From Candidatus Latescibacterota bacterium (GTDB lineage: Bacteria > Latescibacterota > UBA2968 > UBA8231), in NCBI GenBank assembly GCA_965261395.1, contig OZ253462.1, positions 1,184,001-1,248,000 of the forward strand: DNA of 64,000 bases, written 5' to 3'. The notes beneath the pieces were generated by a model, which was not told where the DNA came from, ran no database searches, and worked only from the letters and a program-made list of their open reading frames with translations. Numbering within the stretch: the first letter of the stretch is position 1; each line of letters starts with the position of its first letter. Below are positions 1 through 8,718 of the stretch, piece after piece. The translations under genes and the position numbers were made by a program.

Positions 1-1
1 C

Positions 2-232
2 TTCGACTACGAGGGGTCCGTCTTCCAAGACGCTCAGGCCCAGCTCGCCGCAGCCGCTCGCCGCGCTGGCAAGCCCGCTGGTATTGGGGTCTATCGCCCG
101 GCCAGCGACCCGCAAGCACTCCAACGCGCCATGGACGACGGCTTTTCGCTGATTCTCGCTGGCGGCGACGAGCCGTTTCTCGCGGCTGGCTGCCAACAGA
201 TGGCGCGCGTCCGCGCCGATTTGGGATACTAA
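2..232 (+). CDS. 3' end of HpcH/HpaI aldolase-family protein (runs off the window start)
   Basis: Own translation FDYEGSVFQDAQAQLAAAARRAGKPAGIGV...AMDDGFSLILAGGD...ADLGY*; resembles the HpcH/HpaI C-terminus; TAA at 230-232, 3 bp before the next ATG. Confidence 0.6.
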   Translation, partial: FDYEGSVFQDAQAQLAAAARRAGKPAGIGVYRPASDPQALQRAMDDGFSLILAGGDEPFLAAGCQQMARVRADLGY

Positions 233-235
233 TTC

Positions 236-1225
236 ATGCGTCGGCTTGAAGTTCTATTCTTGCCCCATCCGGTCGCTGCGATCGCCACACCTTGGACGAC
301 CGACGTGATCGAGGCCGTACGTGTCCACCACAATCTCCGCATCTTCGACCGCACTCAGCCGGCCGCACCTCAAATGGCGGGCATTGAAGCCATCGTCGAT
401 TTAGGAGGCAATATCAGCGCGGACCTGCTGGCCGCTGCGGACGCCGCGGGCGTCAAATTTCTCCAGGTCCAGACCACCGGCCTCGACCACGTCGATGTCG
501 AAGGGATTCTCAATACCGGGTTGCTGCTCGCCCATTGCCCCGGGCAGCTCAGCAGCGTGGCGTTGGCTCAGAGTGCGATGATGTTCATCCTCATGCACGC
601 CCACCGCTATGGAGAGGCGCGACGGAACTTTGACGCTGGCAGGCTGTACGTGCCTACGGGTGTCGAACTGGAGGGCCTGACGCTCGGCCTGATCGGCTTT
701 GGCGCGAGTGCCCAAGATTTGGCGCGCCGGGCCAAGCCCTTCGGCCTGCGGATCTTGGCCATCGACATTCGCCCCATTGAAGAGGAAATCCTCGCCGAGA
801 TCCAACCCGAGTTTCTCGGCGGCCCCGAGGACGTCGACCGCGTGGTGGCCGAGAGCGACTACCTGTCGCTGCACCTGCACTTGACGCCGGAAACCCGGCA
901 CACTATTGACGCACGGCGCATCGGCCTGATGAAGGAAACCGCTTGCTTGATCAACGTGGCCCGAGGTGCGCTCGTCGATGAGGACGCCCTGTACCGGGCG
1001 CTTGTGGACGGTCGCTTAGGCGGGGCCGGGCTCGATGTCTTCGCTCAGGAGCCACCCGACGCTACGGCCCCTGTTTTCCAATTGCCCAATGTGTTTGCCA
1101 TGCCCCACACCGCCGGTTCGACCGACGGCACCTCGCGCAAGCGGGCGCGGCTGGCCGCCGACAACCTCGACCGCTACGCGCGGGGCGAGGCGCTCGTGGG
1201 GCAAATCACGTCTAGGTTTATCTGA
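236..1225 (+). CDS. D-isomer-specific 2-hydroxyacid dehydrogenase family protein
   Basis: LGLIGFGAS Rossmann motif, LINVARGALVDE, GAGLDVFAQEP, MPHTAG catalytic His. Confidence 0.9.
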   Translation: MRRLEVLFLPHPVAAIATPWTTDVIEAVRVHHNLRIFDRTQPAAPQMAGIEAIVDLGGNISADLLAAADAAGVKFLQVQTTGLDHVDVEGILNTGLLLAHCPGQLSSVALAQSAMMFILMHAHRYGEARRNFDAGRLYVPTGVELEGLTLGLIGFGASAQDLARRAKPFGLRILAIDIRPIEEEILAEIQPEFLGGPEDVDRVVAESDYLSLHLHLTPETRHTIDARRIGLMKETACLINVARGALVDEDALYRALVDGRLGGAGLDVFAQEPPDATAPVFQLPNVFAMPHTAGSTDGTSRKRARLAADNLDRYARGEALVGQITSRFI

Positions 1226-1244
1226 AATCAGGAGATACCTCGCA

Positions 1245-1928
1245 GTGAACACGCTTATCACAGGTGCCAGTTCTGGCATTGGCGAGACTATCGCGCGGCG
1301 GCTAGCGGCGGCCGGGCACCGAGTTGCGCTGATGGCGCGGCGGGCGGAGCGGGTGCAGGCTCTCGCCGCCGAGTTGGACGGCGCAGTAGCGGTGCCGGGC
1401 GATGTGGGGATTGTTGCGGATTGCGAAGCCTCGGTGCGCGGGGCAGTGGAGGCGTTTGGTGGTCTCGACGCGCTGGTCAATGCGGCCGGCACTTGGGTGG
1501 AGGAGCCGCTTGCCGAGGTCAGCTACGAGGACCTGCGCGCCTTTGTCGATACGGATGTAAGCGGCGCGTTGCAGATCACGCGCGCCGCCCTGCCGATGCT
1601 GATGCAAAGCGGCGGGCGGATACTACATATCAATGGCTTGCAGGGGCTGATCCGCGCTCGGCCGCCGGTGCTCTATGCGGCAGTTGAGTCCGCGGTGCGC
1701 GGGCTATGCGAGAGTCTGCGCTGGGAGGTAGCAGCGCAGGGCGTCCACGTCGGCTTAATCACCCTAGGCTCGGTGGCTAGCCCCGAGCCGTTGCCGTTGC
1801 ACGAGGGCGGCTGGCGTTGTCGCCTGAGCCGCGACGAAGTCGCCGACGCTGCGTGCTTTGTGCTGGCGCAGCCGCGCGGGGTCAATGTCGATGAGCTGGT
1901 GCTGACGCCGCTGGGACAGCAGTGGTGA
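1245..1928 (+). CDS. SDR family oxidoreductase (atypical: YAAVE in place of YxxxK)
   Basis: GTG start after a GGAG RBS; ITGASSGIG, VNAAG; C-terminal QPRGVNVDEL as in YdfG-like SDRs. Confidence 0.8.
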   Translation: MNTLITGASSGIGETIARRLAAAGHRVALMARRAERVQALAAELDGAVAVPGDVGIVADCEASVRGAVEAFGGLDALVNAAGTWVEEPLAEVSYEDLRAFVDTDVSGALQITRAALPMLMQSGGRILHINGLQGLIRARPPVLYAAVESAVRGLCESLRWEVAAQGVHVGLITLGSVASPEPLPLHEGGWRCRLSRDEVADAACFVLAQPRGVNVDELVLTPLGQQW

Positions 1929-2942
1929 TCAAGCCGCGACGGGCGTGGGCAATTCCGGCACGTATTCGTAGTCTGGCTCGGCTTTTTGCCGCTCGAGGAT
2001 GTCAGCGATCTCCGTCCATGCCTCGTACAGCCCCCGCGGACAGTGCGGCAGATCGTTCTTGATCGTCGCGTGTAGCTTGCCGAGCCGGTAGCACGGCACC
2101 GCGGCGTACATGTGGTGTTCGATGTGGTAGTTCATGTGCCAGTAGAGGAAGCGGAAGAACGGGTTCAAGATGACTGTGCGGGTGCAGAGCCGAAAATCCG
2201 GCACGTCGTCCTGCAAGCCGATGTGCTGGGTGTTGTTGCACAAGAACAGCAACCAGCCGCCGTAAAAAGGCGCGAGCGTAATGAGCACTGGCACCAGCCA
2301 CAGGCCGAAGTACAAGGATACCGCCACGATTAAGGCGTGCCCCACCAGCAAGAAGCGATCCCAGCGAATGAGCCGTCGCCGCTTGTCTGGGTCCGACTCG
2401 GGGAAGAGCGCCAGCTCCCATTCGCCTTCTAATTTCCCGAATGCCCGCCGCGCAGTCGTCTTGTAGCGGCCGTACAAGCCCCATGGATTTACAATGGCAC
2501 TCTTGAGAAAATCCACCAATCGCAATCGGGTCGGTAGAACCACTTCGAGATCGTCGGGCGGGTGCAGGGCGTACTTGTGGTGCTCGGCGTGACTGGTCCA
2601 AAAATGGATGTGGTTGTACCCGCCGAAAAAGCTGAACACGCGCAGGAAGAAGTAGTTGAGGAACTTGCTCTTGAAGACCGTGGAGTGACACAATTCGTGG
2701 AAGCCGTTCAGCAAGAAGGCGTAGAACGTGCCGTGGAAGAAGAGGATCAGCAGCAACCACGGCAGGGCCAAGTGCTCCGCCGCGTACCAAGCCCCCGCGC
2801 CCGTCGCCGCCAGCAGCCCCAGATGCCCCAGCGTTTGTAGCAGGCCCCAAAAGTCGCTGCGCTGGTTGAGCGCGTTGAGCGTCTCGCGCGGCAAGGGACA
2901 GCGATACCAGTTTATTTTGCGCTGGTTTTTTGTCATTTCCAT
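1929..2942 (-). CDS. Fatty acid desaturase-family membrane di-iron oxidase
   Basis: Three His boxes HELCH, HAEHH, HIEHH; QH motif; hydrophobic segments. Confidence 0.88.
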   Translation of the reverse strand: MEMTKNQRKINWYRCPLPRETLNALNQRSDFWGLLQTLGHLGLLAATGAGAWYAAEHLALPWLLLILFFHGTFYAFLLNGFHELCHSTVFKSKFLNYFFLRVFSFFGGYNHIHFWTSHAEHHKYALHPPDDLEVVLPTRLRLVDFLKSAIVNPWGLYGRYKTTARRAFGKLEGEWELALFPESDPDKRRRLIRWDRFLLVGHALIVAVSLYFGLWLVPVLITLAPFYGGWLLFLCNNTQHIGLQDDVPDFRLCTRTVILNPFFRFLYWHMNYHIEHHMYAAVPCYRLGKLHATIKNDLPHCPRGLYEAWTEIADILERQKAEPDYEYVPELPTPVAA

Positions 2943-3035
2943 GTCGTAGTCCTCCGCTAGAAGAAAGCCTGCCTTACTGTCGCAACTTGGCGCTGGCCGG
3001 GCAAGTTATATCCATCATCCAAACTCGAGTCCGCG

Positions 3036-3773
3036 CTACAAGTGCCCCTTCCTTATATCCTCGACGATGCGGACCAGTATCTCGACCGCGGCGCTGATGA
3101 AGCGCTCTCCCTTTTCGGCGGACCCAAAGGTGGGGTCGCCGTAGGTGCCTTGGTCGGTCGATTGGTGGATCCACCGGTAGCGGGCGACTTGGCCGGCGCG
3201 CTCGGACTGCGGCGGGTGGCCGTCCTTTTGCAGGCGATCTGCTTTGACCCACTCGGGATGCAAGGCCATCATCACCGAGGTTTCCATCTCGCCCGCGTGC
3301 CCCCAGCCATGAGGTCCCGCTTCCCTGATCTGGCCGAGCTCGTCATAGGCAAACCAAGAGGTTCCATAGATTCTCGCGTCGGGGCACTTCTCCATCAGGC
3401 GCTGGAGGGCGACGTTCATATTGGGAACATTCCCGCCGTGACCGTTGACGATGGCGATCTTGTCGAAGTCGGCGTGGACCATGCTGCTTACGGTATCGAC
3501 GATCATGTTGATGTGGGTCTCTGATTGGGCTGTTATCGTGCCTTTAAAGCGCAAGTGGTGCGGGGAATAGCCCAGCCACTGCGCCGGGAGACAGAGAACC
3601 TGATCGGGAATCTCCGCGTCGAGGCGATCGACGATAGCCGCAACCTCAGCGGTGTCCGTTATAAACGGCAGATGCGGCCCGTGCTGCTCAAATGCCGCGA
3701 TGGGATATACTACTACCGTGTCGTCTCTGGACACCTGCTCTAGGTCGGGCCAAGTGAGTTCAGCTAGTTTCAC
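3036..3773 (-). CDS. Creatininase/MftE-family amidohydrolase
   Basis: EQHGPHLP, VNGHGGN, GHAGEMETS; probable GTG start (VKLAELTWP) 2 bp after the upstream stop. Confidence 0.9.
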   Translation of the reverse strand: MKLAELTWPDLEQVSRDDTVVVYPIAAFEQHGPHLPFITDTAEVAAIVDRLDAEIPDQVLCLPAQWLGYSPHHLRFKGTITAQSETHINMIVDTVSSMVHADFDKIAIVNGHGGNVPNMNVALQRLMEKCPDARIYGTSWFAYDELGQIREAGPHGWGHAGEMETSVMMALHPEWVKADRLQKDGHPPQSERAGQVARYRWIHQSTDQGTYGDPTFGSAEKGERFISAAVEILVRIVEDIRKGHL

Positions 3774-3775
3774 GA

Positions 3776-4651
3776 TTAGTCCCCCCAGCGGTTTGGATTG
3801 ATGCCCGGCGCGTCGCGCTGCATGCCTTGGGGCTTGTGTACCTGTTTCCAATCCTTGCCGGAAGTGTTGCGGCTTTGGAGGAAAGGTTTGGCCACGGCCG
3901 GCGCGTTTTCCACCCATTCCGAGTCCCAATCCTCCATCGGCTGAACCGGTCCCGCCCAAGCTGGCCGATAGCCGAACTGGATCAGTTCCCGAGGGGCCAA
4001 ATCCTTGTTGGGATGGGTGCCGTGGAAGAGGAGGGCGGGTATCATGACGACCGAACCAGCCTTGGCACAGAGCGTGATCTCCTGCGGATGCGAGACATAG
4101 CGCACGTACGGATTGGCTTGGGCGTGAAACGAGAGATGAGAGCGCGGGATGAGCCGGAAGGGCGCGCGCTCGGGCGGCAGGTCGTCGAGGTAGTAGAGCA
4201 CCCGCAAAAGGCGCGGCGAAGAGCCTTCGAAGCCAAAGATCGACGAGCCGAATGGCTGGCCGTCGGTGTGCATTGAAATGCCCGGTGAGCCGGAGAGGGT
4301 GCGGGTAAAAAGCCCGTGCGTGAAGACGATGTCCGGCCCCATGAGCGCTTTGAGGAATTCCGCGATTGGCGGATAGCCGATCAGCTCGGCCACCATCCGG
4401 CTCGCGCACTGGGGTTCGTGGTGGAAGGTTTGGGCCTCGCTGTAGTCCTTGTGCCCCATCGGCAGGTCTTGCAACTCGGCTTTCAGCGCCGCAATGTGCT
4501 CGGCGTCGAGCACATCCGGCAGGAGCACATAGCCCTCCATTTCGAGATGGCGGATCTGCTGGCTCAGGGAGAAAGCGGCAAAATCGGTCTCCTCGACCGC
4601 CATAAAGCCGATTTCTTCTTTGGGATCAATTTTTACCGTGGTGGCCTCCAT
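3776..4651 (-). CDS. PhyH-family Fe(II)/2-oxoglutarate dioxygenase
   Basis: EGYVLLPDVL N-terminus, MHTD facial triad, IPRSH, FHGT distal His; ATG after an AAGGAG RBS. Confidence 0.88.
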   Translation of the reverse strand: MEATTVKIDPKEEIGFMAVEETDFAAFSLSQQIRHLEMEGYVLLPDVLDAEHIAALKAELQDLPMGHKDYSEAQTFHHEPQCASRMVAELIGYPPIAEFLKALMGPDIVFTHGLFTRTLSGSPGISMHTDGQPFGSSIFGFEGSSPRLLRVLYYLDDLPPERAPFRLIPRSHLSFHAQANPYVRYVSHPQEITLCAKAGSVVMIPALLFHGTHPNKDLAPRELIQFGYRPAWAGPVQPMEDWDSEWVENAPAVAKPFLQSRNTSGKDWKQVHKPQGMQRDAPGINPNRWGD

Positions 4652-4715
4652 GCTGTTCTCCTTTGCTAGGCGCTGCCCGTTACGATGACTGGCGGGCGGC
4701 GATAAGGGCACGCCC

Positions 4716-5378
4716 TTACTTGCGCGATTCTCGCCACTTGGCGAGGGAAAAGTCGTCCGAATCGTACAATGCAAAAATCTTCGCTTCTTTGGCCCGCACT
4801 TCTGCTGCCAATTCCAACACTTCCTCGGCGTGCTCCAGCGGAATGCGCACGCAGCCGTCGCCATCGCCAAAGATCAGGTCCCCCGGCCGAATCCGCACCG
4901 ACCCTACGGTAATCGGCGCGTTGACTCGCGTCGCGTTAAAAGCTCCGTGCCCTGGCACCATCCCCCAAGCGAAGATCGGCAGCCCGACCCGGCGGATTCC
5001 CTCCAAGTCGCGCACCGTTCCATCGACAAGGGCCCCCACCGCACCTAGCCGCTGGTGTAGCCGCGCCATGCCGTCGCCAAAACTGGCCCCGCGTCCAGGG
5101 CGCGAGTCCACGTCCTTCATCACCGCGAATACGGGTCCCTCCATGGCGTCGATTGCTTCGTAGTAATCCTCCCAAGGTGCTACTACGGAATCTGGATCGT
5201 TGGTCGTTACTTCCGCGGTCACCGCATAGCCGATGATCGGCCCCAATTCCGGCAGCAGATAGCGGATCCGGTAGTCGGTGTACTCTTCGTTGGGCAGGCC
5301 GCATTTTAACACGATGGCGTTAAAAATCGTCGGCGAGTCGAATTCCTTAAAAGCGTCTAGTACTTCAGGTTTGACCAT
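4716..5378 (-). CDS. RraA/HMG aldolase family protein
   Basis: GYAVTA, FGDGM, VDGTVRDL, PGDLIFGDGDG motifs. Confidence 0.88.
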   Translation of the reverse strand: MVKPEVLDAFKEFDSPTIFNAIVLKCGLPNEEYTDYRIRYLLPELGPIIGYAVTAEVTTNDPDSVVAPWEDYYEAIDAMEGPVFAVMKDVDSRPGRGASFGDGMARLHQRLGAVGALVDGTVRDLEGIRRVGLPIFAWGMVPGHGAFNATRVNAPITVGSVRIRPGDLIFGDGDGCVRIPLEHAEEVLELAAEVRAKEAKIFALYDSDDFSLAKWRESRK

Positions 5379-5598
5379 AAAAGATTTGCTCCTTTGGAAA
5401 AATATGGGTCTGGCAGTCTATGCGCATGGGCTTGTTGGGATGTAATTGAAGGGAATAGAGCATATTCGCACGGCGGCTGTCAATCCGCCTGCATCGGCAC
5501 CGGCGCGTTGGCCTCTGCCCAAGACTGGATTGACGCCTGCCCAAGACCTATACTTTGCGCTGTCCTAACGACCACTTACCCAACCGGAGGCCCATCCT

Positions 5599-7146
5599 AT
5601 GGACTACACTTCAAAGGTCCCCTATTACACCTTCCCCGACACCTTGGCGGAACAAGAAGAAGCGCTGGCGACCAACCCGCTGATGCAGCGCATGCTCGAA
5701 GCGCGCCGCTCGTACGTCGGCGACCCGCACCGCCCCATCTACCACTACATCAACCCCGAAGCCAATCTCAACGATCCCAACGGACTGTGCTTCTGGCAGG
5801 GCCGCTACCATCTCTTCTACCAAGCCTATCCACCGGAGGATACCCGCCAGCACTGGGGCCACGCCATCAGCGACGACCTCGTCCACTGGCGCGACCTGCC
5901 GTACTGCATTTACCCGAACCCGGAGCGCTGCTGTTTTTCGGGGGCCGCGCTAGTCGAGGAAGACCGCGTCATTGCCATGTACCACGGCACTGAGGTCGGC
6001 AACATGGTCGCCACCTCTTCGGACCCGCTATTGCTCAACTGGGAAAAGGTCGCCAACAAGGCCGTGATCCCCATCCACTCTGCCGACGGTTCCCCCCTGC
6101 CCTACCGAGTCTTCGACCCCTGCATTTGGAAGCAGGGCGACGCGTACTACTCGCTGTCGGCGGGCACCAAACCCGGAGGCCCGGCTGGCAAACCCGTCCG
6201 CGCCAACTTCCTCTTCAAGTCGAGAGATCTCGAACACTGGGAGTATCTCCACCCCTTCGTCGAGGATGACGGGTACACGCTAGTCGGCGACGACGGAGCC
6301 TGCCCCTATTTCTGGCCCATCGGCGATCGCCACATTCTCCTCTTCTTCAGCCATAGAAGCGGCGGTCAGTACCTGCTCGGCGACTACGACACTGAGCGCG
6401 ACAAGTTCGTCGTGACCTATGGTGCCAAGTTCAACTTTGGCGCGGCCGTGCCCTCGGGCGTCCACGCCCCATCGGCTACCCCCGATGGCCAAGGCGGCGT
6501 CTTGACCATCTTCAACATGAACCCCGGCAAACCGACCAAGGGCTGGAACCAGATTATGACCCTGCCTCGCCGGCTGACCGTCGTTGGCGACGACTTGGCT
6601 ATGGAGCCAGCCGGCGACCTAGAATCGCTCCGGCGGGACCACCAGCGCATCGGCAAAACCACGCTCCCTGCCAACGAAGAGCTGGTCCTCGATGCGGTCC
6701 GCGGCAACGCCATGGAAATCGTCGCCGAAATCGATCCCCAAGACGCGCCCATGATCGAACTCAACGTCCTGCGCGCTCCCGGCAGGGAGGAGTACACGCG
6801 CATTGCCTTCTTCAAAAACCGGGGCTTCAGCAACCGCGTCTTTGGCAGCGACCACCACCAGAGCTTGATCTCGCTCGACACCTCGTATTCTTCTGTCGCG
6901 CCCGACGTCCTCTCCCGCGCTCCGGAGACCGCCCCGGTCATCCTCACCCCAGGCGAGACGCTCAAGCTGCGGGTTTTCGTCGATAAGAGCGTCGTTGAAG
7001 TCTTTGCCAACGACCAGCAATGCGTGGCCGCACGGGTCTATCCCGACCGCGCCGACAGCGTCGGGGTTTCGCTGCGGGCACAGGGCCAGAGCGCCGAATT
7101 GGTCTCGCTCGACGCCTATCAAATGCAGGACATCTATGCGGAATAG
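5599..7146 (+). CDS. Glycoside hydrolase family 32-like protein with non-canonical active site
   Basis: NDPNG, YHLFYQ, WGHAISDDLVHW, FSG, FDP, C-terminal LRVFVDKSVVEVF; the EC motif appears as AC. Confidence 0.88.
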   Translation: MDYTSKVPYYTFPDTLAEQEEALATNPLMQRMLEARRSYVGDPHRPIYHYINPEANLNDPNGLCFWQGRYHLFYQAYPPEDTRQHWGHAISDDLVHWRDLPYCIYPNPERCCFSGAALVEEDRVIAMYHGTEVGNMVATSSDPLLLNWEKVANKAVIPIHSADGSPLPYRVFDPCIWKQGDAYYSLSAGTKPGGPAGKPVRANFLFKSRDLEHWEYLHPFVEDDGYTLVGDDGACPYFWPIGDRHILLFFSHRSGGQYLLGDYDTERDKFVVTYGAKFNFGAAVPSGVHAPSATPDGQGGVLTIFNMNPGKPTKGWNQIMTLPRRLTVVGDDLAMEPAGDLESLRRDHQRIGKTTLPANEELVLDAVRGNAMEIVAEIDPQDAPMIELNVLRAPGREEYTRIAFFKNRGFSNRVFGSDHHQSLISLDTSYSSVAPDVLSRAPETAPVILTPGETLKLRVFVDKSVVEVFANDQQCVAARVYPDRADSVGVSLRAQGQSAELVSLDAYQMQDIYAE

Positions 7147-7159
7147 AAAGGAGCACGCC

Positions 7160-7894
7160 ATGAACGAAGAAGAAAAATTCGTCTTTGACTTGGATGGCTA
7201 TCTGGTCATCAAAGACGTCCTCAGCCCGCAGGAGTTGGACGATCTCAACGCGCTGGTGGACCGGTATATCGCCGGCTGGGACAACCACCCGCGCAACGAC
7301 CTGAACAAGGTCAGTAGCTGGGGCCAAGCCAGCAAAAACCTGATCGACCACCCTAAAATCTTGCCCTACTTAACCGAGCTCATCGGCCCCAAGGTCCGAA
7401 TTGACCACGACTACGCCATTATCATGAATCGCGGCGACGCCCGGGGCGGTCTGCACGGCGGCCCCAGCCAAGATACCGACCACTGGTTCAGTTACCGCGA
7501 CGGCCAAATGCGCAATGGCCTAAGCGTGGTGACCTTTTTTCTCGCCGACGCCAATGAGGGCGACGGCGGTTTTGCCTGCGTGCCGGGCAGCCACAAGACC
7601 AACTACCCCCGCAACCTGCCCCAAGATGTCAGGCGCTTCGAGCGCGACGCGCATTACGTGGTCCAACCTACGGCCAAGGCCGGGGATGCGCTGTTCTTTA
7701 CCGAGGCCCTCATTCACGGCACCATGCCGTGGCGCGCCGAGCACCAACGCCGCACCTTGCTCTATAAGTACAGCCCCGGCTACTCGACGTGGGCCAAGGA
7801 GTTTTACGACCTAGAAGAGTACGGCGAGCTGACCGAGCGCCAAAAGCGCATCATGGCTACCCCTTCGATCCACGAACACCCCGAGATCGTTTAA
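7160..7894 (+). CDS. PhyH-like Fe/2OG oxygenase with H-G-G instead of H-x-D
   Basis: FDLDGYLVIKDVL, LHGG, CVPGSHK, FTEALIHGT, RRTLLYKY; ATG after AAGGAG. Confidence 0.85.
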   Translation: MNEEEKFVFDLDGYLVIKDVLSPQELDDLNALVDRYIAGWDNHPRNDLNKVSSWGQASKNLIDHPKILPYLTELIGPKVRIDHDYAIIMNRGDARGGLHGGPSQDTDHWFSYRDGQMRNGLSVVTFFLADANEGDGGFACVPGSHKTNYPRNLPQDVRRFERDAHYVVQPTAKAGDALFFTEALIHGTMPWRAEHQRRTLLYKYSPGYSTWAKEFYDLEEYGELTERQKRIMATPSIHEHPEIV

Positions 7895-7909
7895 CGCAAG
7901 GAGCACAAT

Positions 7910-8695
7910 ATGTCCGATCCATATTCGCTACATGGAAAAAAAGCCTTCGTCACGGGCGGCAAGCGCCGTATTGGTCGCGGCATCGCCCTTGCTTTAGCCG
8001 AAGCTGGCTGCGACGTGGGGATCAACGACCTGCACGACGACGACGATGCCGGCAAAACCCTGCGCTTGATCCGCTCCCTAGGCCGCGAGGCCGAGTTCTT
8101 CGCTGGCGATATTTCCGCTAGCGACCAAGTCGAGGCGATGTTCGCGGCCTTTCTCGAACGGTTTGGCCGCATCGACATCTTGGTCAACAATCCCTACGGC
8201 GGCACGGGCGAGCCCTTTCTCGAACTCAGCGAGGAGAATTGGGACCAAAACCTCGATGTGGGCCTCAAGGGGTTTTTCCTGTGCTCGCAGCAAGCGGCGC
8301 GCGCCATGGTGGCGCAGGGCGACGGGGGAGCCATCGTCAGCACCTCTTCGGTGCACGGGCGTCGGGCGTGGAAGAACGACACCGCGTACGGGGCCGCCAA
8401 AGCCGGCGTCTTGCGTCTGACCGAAAGCATGGCCGTTGACTTGGGCGAGTACGGAATCCGCTGCAACGCCATCATGCCCGGATACATGGACACCGATCAC
8501 GTCTTTAACGAACCGCCTCCGGCGCTGGGCATCCTTGGGGAGCAGCACCATGATATAGTTCCCCTGCGTCGTCCGGGAACCCCCGAAGACATTGGCCGGG
8601 CCGTGGTCTTCCTCTGCTCGCCAGCCGCTGGCTGCATCACCGGGGCGTCCCTGCCGGTGGATGGGGGTCTTTTGGCCGCCTCGGCCGCTCAGTAG
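7910..8695 (+). CDS. SDR family oxidoreductase
   Basis: TGGKRRIG, LVNN, YGAAK, PEDIG, VDGG. Confidence 0.9.
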   Translation: MSDPYSLHGKKAFVTGGKRRIGRGIALALAEAGCDVGINDLHDDDDAGKTLRLIRSLGREAEFFAGDISASDQVEAMFAAFLERFGRIDILVNNPYGGTGEPFLELSEENWDQNLDVGLKGFFLCSQQAARAMVAQGDGGAIVSTSSVHGRRAWKNDTAYGAAKAGVLRLTESMAVDLGEYGIRCNAIMPGYMDTDHVFNEPPPALGILGEQHHDIVPLRRPGTPEDIGRAVVFLCSPAAGCITGASLPVDGGLLAASAAQ

Positions 8696-8718
8696 GGTAC
8701 TCGACTGCGCTCATCGGC

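Noticed and set aside
3774-4409. Long N-terminal extension of the creatininase ORF (likewise for ORFs listed at 1035, 4870, 6995, 19942, 21731 and 34241)
   Set aside because: The extensions overlap upstream genes; downstream starts fit family N-termini and most have an RBS
5478-5560. Divergent promoter pair and TGCCCAAGAC repeat upstream of GH32
   Set aside because: TTGACG to TATACT spacing is only 13 bp and the 10-bp repeat could be chance; too weak to call
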